This document shows positions 15,594 through 20,000 of a DNA stretch of 20,000 nucleotides, piece by piece. Each line of letters opens with the position of its first letter. Position 1 is the first letter of the stretch. The notes beneath the pieces are model-generated. The model had not been told where the DNA came from. It did no database searches and was given only the letters and a program-made list of their open reading frames with translations. The translations under genes and the position numbers were made by a program. Source of the DNA: an uncultured virus (IMG/VR IMGVR_UViG_3300032282_003852) (lineage: Duplodnaviria > Heunggongvirae > Uroviricota > Caudoviricetes); IMG/VR virus record IMGVR_UViG_3300032282_003852, one strand, 5' to 3'.

Positions 15594-16475
15594 CTAGCAA
15601 GCTGGAGATGGAGGGCGGCTCACGTACAAGGTGTCTAAGTGAAGCCAGGTTTTTCTGCCTTTATTGATAATGACGGCAGACTTCTCCCCTGTATGAGGAT
15701 TTACCTCGATTCCCGATACCGTTCCCTTCGTCAGGAGACAGGATGGGCTCCTTCTCCCCTTTGTGCCACTCGTTCTGTCAATCTGAAAAACTTCCTCATC
15801 AACTATTGAATCACAGGGCAGTTTGTCAGCTTTAACATAGGAAAACCGCCACTCTTGCAAGGAACACTCCCAGCATGACGGCTGCATGTTAGACGGTTTC
15901 CCGTCACCACCTTTGGACTTTGGCACAATCGTGCTTCGGGTCATCAAGTGATGGTCTTCCGTATAAATGTTTATGTGGTCTTTCCCCCCCTGTCTGGAGC
16001 GAATAAGCCTTGTGCCAACCCTACCGCAATAGGAACATCCACACCCCTTCTCTGCAAAAAGTCTTAGATTCTTCTTGTAAGGGAAATCCCCAATAGACGA
16101 CACGGGAAGTTCCTCAACTACAGTTCCCACCTTCCGGCTCGGGAGCAAAACCTTTGTCCCATCTATGTTACACCCCTTGGCATTATTGCACTCCCAGCAC
16201 ATTGGCTGGAGGTTCCCGATGTCGTCCGATCCTCCCATAGACTTAGGGAAGATGTGGTCTACTGTCAAAGGGTGAAGATCCTGAGTATAGACGTCTATGT
16301 GGGGCTTTCCATGAACGTCCTTACCTTGAATCAACCTTGTCCCCTTTCTGCCGCAAGCCACACACTTGCACCCTTTCCCCAAGAACACCTTGATACGAGG
16401 GTACTGGGAGAACTGCCTAAGGTGACTGAAGGGGAACTCTTTTACAAAGGTGTAGTTAAAGTGAGGGAGTTTCAT
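15594..16475 (-). CDS. Free-standing HNH endonuclease with two tandem Zn-finger HNH domains (second degenerate)
   Basis: Domain 1 CVACG...LTVDHIFPKSMGGSDDIGNLQPMCWECNNAKG; domain 2 CSYCG...MTRSTIVPKSKGGDGKPSNMQPSCWECSLQE. Confidence 0.88.
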   Translation of the reverse strand: MKLPHFNYTFVKEFPFSHLRQFSQYPRIKVFLGKGCKCVACGRKGTRLIQGKDVHGKPHIDVYTQDLHPLTVDHIFPKSMGGSDDIGNLQPMCWECNNAKGCNIDGTKVLLPSRKVGTVVEELPVSSIGDFPYKKNLRLFAEKGCGCSYCGRVGTRLIRSRQGGKDHINIYTEDHHLMTRSTIVPKSKGGDGKPSNMQPSCWECSLQEWRFSYVKADKLPCDSIVDEEVFQIDRTSGTKGRRSPSCLLTKGTVSGIEVNPHTGEKSAVIINKGRKTWLHLDTLYVSRPPSPAC

Positions 16476-16514
16476 TGCTACAGGAGGCGTGCGGGAACCC
16501 CCGCTGTCCCCACC

Positions 16515-16544
16515 ATTATACCTTGCCTGGGCGGTCTAGGTCAA
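16515..16544 (-). promoter_or_regulatory. Sigma70-like promoter for the tandem-HNH gene
   Basis: TTGACC-18 nt-TATAAT. Confidence 0.6.
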
Positions 16545-16734
16545 CCCCCCCATCCCCGTAAACCCCGTCCAATGTTTTTGCTATTGCCTCGGCCTTCCCT
16601 GGTGAACGCTCCACAGACAGGCGTAGCCAGACAGGCCCCCACACCTGTCCAATGACACTGTTGCCATGGGCTCGATAGCGGAACCACCGTGCTGGTAGGG
16701 CCTTGTACAGGGGGAGGTGGGGCAGGACAATCAC
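16516..16734 (-). CDS. Hypothetical protein
   Basis: 72 aa, GTGA overlap with the MTase stop; fills the gap in a co-oriented cluster. Confidence 0.5.
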   Translation of the reverse strand: MIVLPHLPLYKALPARWFRYRAHGNSVIGQVWGPVWLRLSVERSPGKAEAIAKTLDGVYGDGGVDLDRPGKV

Positions 16735-17759
16735 TTCGGTAGCCCTTGCGAGTGTGAGGAGTTTGCTAACCGGGTGGGGTCTGGATTGAGTCCTCTCAAC
16801 CTATCCCCAAAAAAGTCTTCTTCCATCCCTAACCTAGACATAATCCCGTCAAAATTACCATCTTCTGACTTAACTTTCGCCCCCAGGGTAGGGGTCTTCC
16901 TCTTAAGGTTTATGTCGAATGTAAACCCCTCAGGACTTAGGTTGTTTGACCTACAGTAGCTCCTTAAGCATTTAAGGTTGGCAAAACTATTGAGTTCATT
17001 AGGCAGACCACTAACCCTTCTCTCCGATACTTCACAATAACTTTTGACCATTTCACTACCTAGATAGTCCCTGCCGTTCTCTTTAGCTACAACAGCCACT
17101 GTGCCTGAGCCAATGTAAGGATCGTAGACCAAGTCCCCTGTATCTGTAGTTGATAAGATAATCCTCGCTATTAAGTCTTCTGGGAACTGACAAGGATGAA
17201 TCGTTTGCTCCTCATGGTTATGTTTAACATTGGAGAAAGCCCAAACATCCCCAGGGTTCTTGCCAAGTGGGTTACATGACAGCTTCCCTTTATTAGACCC
17301 TCTGTGAGACGTCTTCCCCTGGTACTTCTGGGGAACTCTTACGCCATCAAGATTGAACTTATAGGAGCTTGACTTTGAGTACCACATGATGGTTTCATGC
17401 CTCCCTGAGAACCTTCTTTTAGAGTGGAGGCCGTGCTGCCTAACCCAGACAACTCTGTTGACCGGGTTGAACCCCGCCTCGCAAAACCAAGGATAGGTAG
17501 CTATGTCAAGGGGGACATGAAAATGTCCATTAACGTAAATACCAACTTGCCAGAATACTGATCCGGAAGGCTTCAATACCCTGTACATCTCCTTGAACAA
17601 CTTCCCTTGATTGGACAAGTATTCATCTAGACCCACCTGTTTTTCGTATTCCTTACCTATGTTATAAGGAGGAGAACTAACTATTAAGTCTACAGAATCG
17701 TTTGGTAGATGGGATAAAGTGGTAAAACAATCTTCATTTCTTATAGAGTTCAGTTCCAT
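16731..17759 (-). CDS. DNA N4-cytosine methyltransferase (beta class), M.BglII/M.BstYI-like, orphan
   Basis: Motif IV SSPPY; GKNPGDVWAF.NVKHNHEEQTIHPCQFPED; motif I VYDPYIGSGT. The resemblance to M.BglII is from recall and not verified. Confidence 0.88.
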   Translation of the reverse strand: MELNSIRNEDCFTTLSHLPNDSVDLIVSSPPYNIGKEYEKQVGLDEYLSNQGKLFKEMYRVLKPSGSVFWQVGIYVNGHFHVPLDIATYPWFCEAGFNPVNRVVWVRQHGLHSKRRFSGRHETIMWYSKSSSYKFNLDGVRVPQKYQGKTSHRGSNKGKLSCNPLGKNPGDVWAFSNVKHNHEEQTIHPCQFPEDLIARIILSTTDTGDLVYDPYIGSGTVAVVAKENGRDYLGSEMVKSYCEVSERRVSGLPNELNSFANLKCLRSYCRSNNLSPEGFTFDINLKRKTPTLGAKVKSEDGNFDGIMSRLGMEEDFFGDRLRGLNPDPTRLANSSHSQGLPK

Positions 17760-17792
17760 TATGCCTTAGGTTGATTACTTACTTTAGGTGGT

Positions 17793-18221
17793 TCATGCGG
17801 GAATCCACCCTGTGTCCTTGTTGGGGTCTCCAGGGTAAGGGTTGCCCCGCCATCCCTCGATCTTTCCACCCCCACCAATGTTCAGGATGATGTAATCCCC
17901 GTACCCCTGACTCCCTACGCACAGGTACCTATCCGGAACATAGTGATCTTCCCTGGTTGCAATCCGCTGCATTTCCTTATTCAGCAGGAAGTACAGGCCC
18001 TCGTCACAAACCTTGTAATGGACATGGGCAGTTGTACCAGCGGGCCACCCCATAACCTGACCATCCGACAGGCGAATTGTAGGGTGCCAATGATCCCCCT
18101 CCCTTAACGGGATTAGCAACCCTTCTCTATCATCGACACCATCAACCGTGGCATCTTCCCAGTAACGAACCTCAGCCACGACCTCCAGATAATGGGGATC
18201 AATCTTCATGTGCGCAATCAT
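17793..18221 (-). CDS. Hypothetical phage protein (start may be the second Met, MKIDP)
   Basis: 142-aa ORF with ordinary globular composition (VRYWEDATVDG, HYKVCDEG, YGDYIILNI). Confidence 0.75.
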   Translation of the reverse strand: MIAHMKIDPHYLEVVAEVRYWEDATVDGVDDREGLLIPLREGDHWHPTIRLSDGQVMGWPAGTTAHVHYKVCDEGLYFLLNKEMQRIATREDHYVPDRYLCVGSQGYGDYIILNIGGGGKIEGWRGNPYPGDPNKDTGWIPA

Positions 18222-18248
18222 TATGATGCGAAAGGTTTTGAAATTTTA

Positions 18249-18322
18249 TGGCGGACCGGGGGATCGAACCCCTATTCCTCCAGCTTATGAGGCTGGCGTG
18301 ACTACCGTTACACTCGTCCGCA
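18249..18322 (-). tRNA. tRNA with CAU anticodon (Met-like), atypical; CCA not encoded
   Basis: TGCGGAC GA GTGT AACGGTAG TCAC G CCAGC CTCATAA GCTGG AGGAAT AGGGG TTCGATC CCCCG GTCCGCC A folds as a cloverleaf with a perfect anticodon arm and GGTTCGA T-loop. Confidence 0.85.
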
Positions 18323-18406
18323 GTGATGACCCATGTGTGCCACGCCAATAAGGCAAGCAGGGACATGGGCTCTGTCTCCTGTATTCTACCCAACTGCGCA
18401 AAGAAG

Positions 18407-18589
18407 TCAGCTACCCTTAAACGAGTTGCCAACCTCGAAAGCCTCCTCAAGGGCTGCCCTGATACTCCAGATTGCGACGTCGTAGAAATCCAAGTCATCC
18501 ATCTTGCGGGTCTCCAGAGTCTCCACATCGAAGTGCTTTTTGGCCAGTGCCTCAAGCAGCTTGGCCTTGGCCCGTTCCCGATCCGTCAT
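18407..18589 (-). CDS. Small conserved protein (DUF6900-like)
   Basis: LETRKMDDLDFYDVAIWSIRAALEEAFEVG motif recognised from memory; has its own promoter. Confidence 0.75.
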   Translation of the reverse strand: MTDRERAKAKLLEALAKKHFDVETLETRKMDDLDFYDVAIWSIRAALEEAFEVGNSFKGS

Positions 18590-18615
18590 CCTGGCCTCTT
18601 GCCAACTACATACAC

Positions 18616-18644
18616 ATTATAGTCCCCCTTGAGGAAATAGTCAA
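18616..18644 (-). promoter_or_regulatory. Near-consensus sigma70 promoter
   Basis: TTGACT-17 nt-TATAAT upstream of the DUF6900-like gene and the tRNA. Confidence 0.8.
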
Positions 18645-18844
18645 GCCCCCTGATCCCGTTCCTCCTTGACTGCCTTAAAATACAAATAATAGTACCGCTT
18701 CTTCATCTCCTCAAGAACCTCCATATCCTCCTTAAACCCGAGATACTTGAGCAAGGTGTATGACCCCTCTAGCTCACTCAGAAGCCTAGCGTAGTTGACG
18801 GCTTTCCTTTCATGGCCCCCGAACCTATGCTCATCCTTAGACAT
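18641..18844 (-). CDS. Hypothetical protein resembling small cyanophage proteins
   Basis: ORF-track frame 18641-18862; the ATG at 18844 (MSKDE) is the likelier start; RLLSELEGSY.LLKY.GF.EDM..LEEMKKRYY.LYF. Confidence 0.7.
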   Translation of the reverse strand: MSKDEHRFGGHERKAVNYARLLSELEGSYTLLKYLGFKEDMEVLEEMKKRYYYLYFKAVKEERDQGA

Positions 18845-19259
18845 TTGGGTCTTTCTTGGCACAAACTTCCATCAGTTCAGCAATGTATAGCAAGAAGTCC
18901 TTTTGCTCATCATGTGTCCCAGCAATCATCCTAATCAGGTCAACCCCGCACTGGAAGCCACGGTTGAAACTTTCCTCTGTCACCTCCCGGCATACCTTCT
19001 TGAAGTCGCCTTCCGTCAGGATAACCAGGGGGCCTTCCTGAGCCAGTAAAACATCTTCCTTGCTAGGGACAAAGACCCGGCCGTTGCCGTAGCTCCCAGG
19101 ATCCCCTTGGCTCCTTAGGTGCCCGTAACCATCAGCCTTACACCCGTACCCCGTCCCCTCCTCATTGACATCAAAGACAATATCAGAAAGATCCTCAGGC
19201 CACTTGAATACCCTGAAGTCTTGGAAAACTGTAGCCCCAGCTTTAATGGTCCCTCTCAT
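18837..19259 (-). CDS. Hypothetical protein
   Basis: 140-aa ORF in a co-oriented cluster. Confidence 0.7.
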   Translation of the reverse strand: MRGTIKAGATVFQDFRVFKWPEDLSDIVFDVNEEGTGYGCKADGYGHLRSQGDPGSYGNGRVFVPSKEDVLLAQEGPLVILTEGDFKKVCREVTEESFNRGFQCGVDLIRMIAGTHDEQKDFLLYIAELMEVCAKKDPNV

Positions 19260-19307
19260 TTGCGCTACCTTTTACTTAGAGTTTTTCAATCATGTTACTG
19301 AGCTTTA

Positions 19308-19610
19308 TTAAGGTAAGGTCATGGAGCCAGGGAGGAGAACATCAAGGATGATGCCGTCATGGCGAATAATTGCTGCATTTGGGTACCGTTCCCCCCACAT
19401 CCCCTTAGACTTCTCCACCATGTCCTTTGCCACACTGTACCTAACCTTTTTAGAAGTCTCTCTAACGAAAGAAAAACCTTCAATTTCCTTAAACTCACAG
19501 ATTACCTTTTTAACCTGTGGGTGAATGGAAAGAATGCCCCCCTTTGAGTTGCAGGAGAAGAAGTAAAGGTGGCAAAGAGGGTCGGCTGCTTTTACGAATC
19601 CCATGGTCAC
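19308..19610 (-). CDS. Hypothetical protein
   Basis: 100-aa ORF with GTGA overlap to the upstream gene. Confidence 0.6.
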   Translation of the reverse strand: MTMGFVKAADPLCHLYFFSCNSKGGILSIHPQVKKVICEFKEIEGFSFVRETSKKVRYSVAKDMVEKSKGMWGERYPNAAIIRHDGIILDVLLPGSMTLP

Positions 19611-19885
19611 TCGATGTCCTCTATCATCTTGTCAGCCAGCTCATTATACCCATTTCCCCTCAACCACTCGCAGCACTCTCTCACTCCTTCTGCATGGGCC
19701 TCCCCTTTGAGGTTTTCAGCAGATTCTGAGTTGAGTTCCAGGGCCGCATCCAAAAACTCTGTTGCCAAGTCATTGGCATCCCTAGAGTCAAGGAACTGCT
19801 CATCAAAAGTCACATCACCATACTTAACAGTGACGTATTTTGAGTCTGAGTAGGGATAGCTGCGAACAGTGACCTTAAATGTCAT
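19607..19885 (-). CDS. Hypothetical protein
   Basis: 92-aa acidic ORF, GAGG upstream of the ATG. Confidence 0.72.
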   Translation of the reverse strand: MTFKVTVRSYPYSDSKYVTVKYGDVTFDEQFLDSRDANDLATEFLDAALELNSESAENLKGEAHAEGVRECCEWLRGNGYNELADKMIEDIE

Positions 19886-19924
19886 TTTTCCTCAGTGTAA
19901 GACTGGTGGGGGAGTGGGCAAGAG

Positions 19925-20000
19925 TCAAACCTTGCCCTTCCAGGTCATGAGCTTGTTGATGATGTTGGTCACCGACTTTGCATCAACCTTGCGGAACTTA
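19925..20000 (-). CDS. 3' end of an unknown gene entering from the window edge
   Basis: Open frame ...KFRKVDAKSVTNIINKLMTWKGKV* ending at TGA 19927-19925. Confidence 0.5.
   Translation of the reverse strand, partial: KFRKVDAKSVTNIINKLMTWKGKV

Noticed and set aside
15594..17759. HNH gene plus N4C MTase as a classical type II restriction-modification pair
   Set aside because: They are separated by another ORF, the HNH gene has its own promoter, and BglII/BstYI-type MTases normally pair with PD-(D/E)XK enzymes; not supportable from sequence alone.
380..19853. Plus-strand ORFs in the track (e.g. 380-733, 2930-3286, 10053-10370, 15167-15589, 16254-16655) and short alternative-frame minus ORFs (e.g. 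12209-12415, 14533-14865, 18199-18555)
   Set aside because: They overlap better-supported minus-strand genes, introns or the tRNA and have no recognisable motifs; treated as shadow ORFs.
19893..19930. Possible promoter (TTGCCC-16 nt-TACACT) giving a near-leaderless transcript for the 19885 gene
   Set aside because: The match to consensus is too weak to call.

Overview
Segment of a large tailed-phage genome with a contractile-tail (myovirus-type) module; several proteins resemble cyanophage proteins, but the host is inferred, not shown. All credible genes are on the minus strand. Positions 1-13.4 kb are structural: major capsid, tail tube, an extended baseplate-J-like protein, two other virion proteins, an acidic repeat protein and the start of a gp5/gpV-like spike. 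Positions 13.5-20 kb are accessory: two beta-class DNA methyltransferases, a tandem-HNH protein, small hypotheticals, an atypical tRNA(CAU) and several sigma70-type promoters. The main result, which the ORF track misses, is that the major capsid gene (13422->9033) is split into six exons by five related group I introns. Joining them at U|...G| junctions supported by P1 (and mostly P10) pairings gives a continuous 351-aa protein. Introns 1, 3 and 5 carry HNH endonuclease ORFs (intron 3's has an in-frame TAG), and only these three have a sigma70-like promoter built into an extended P6 hairpin. The five introns are sequence mosaics of one another.
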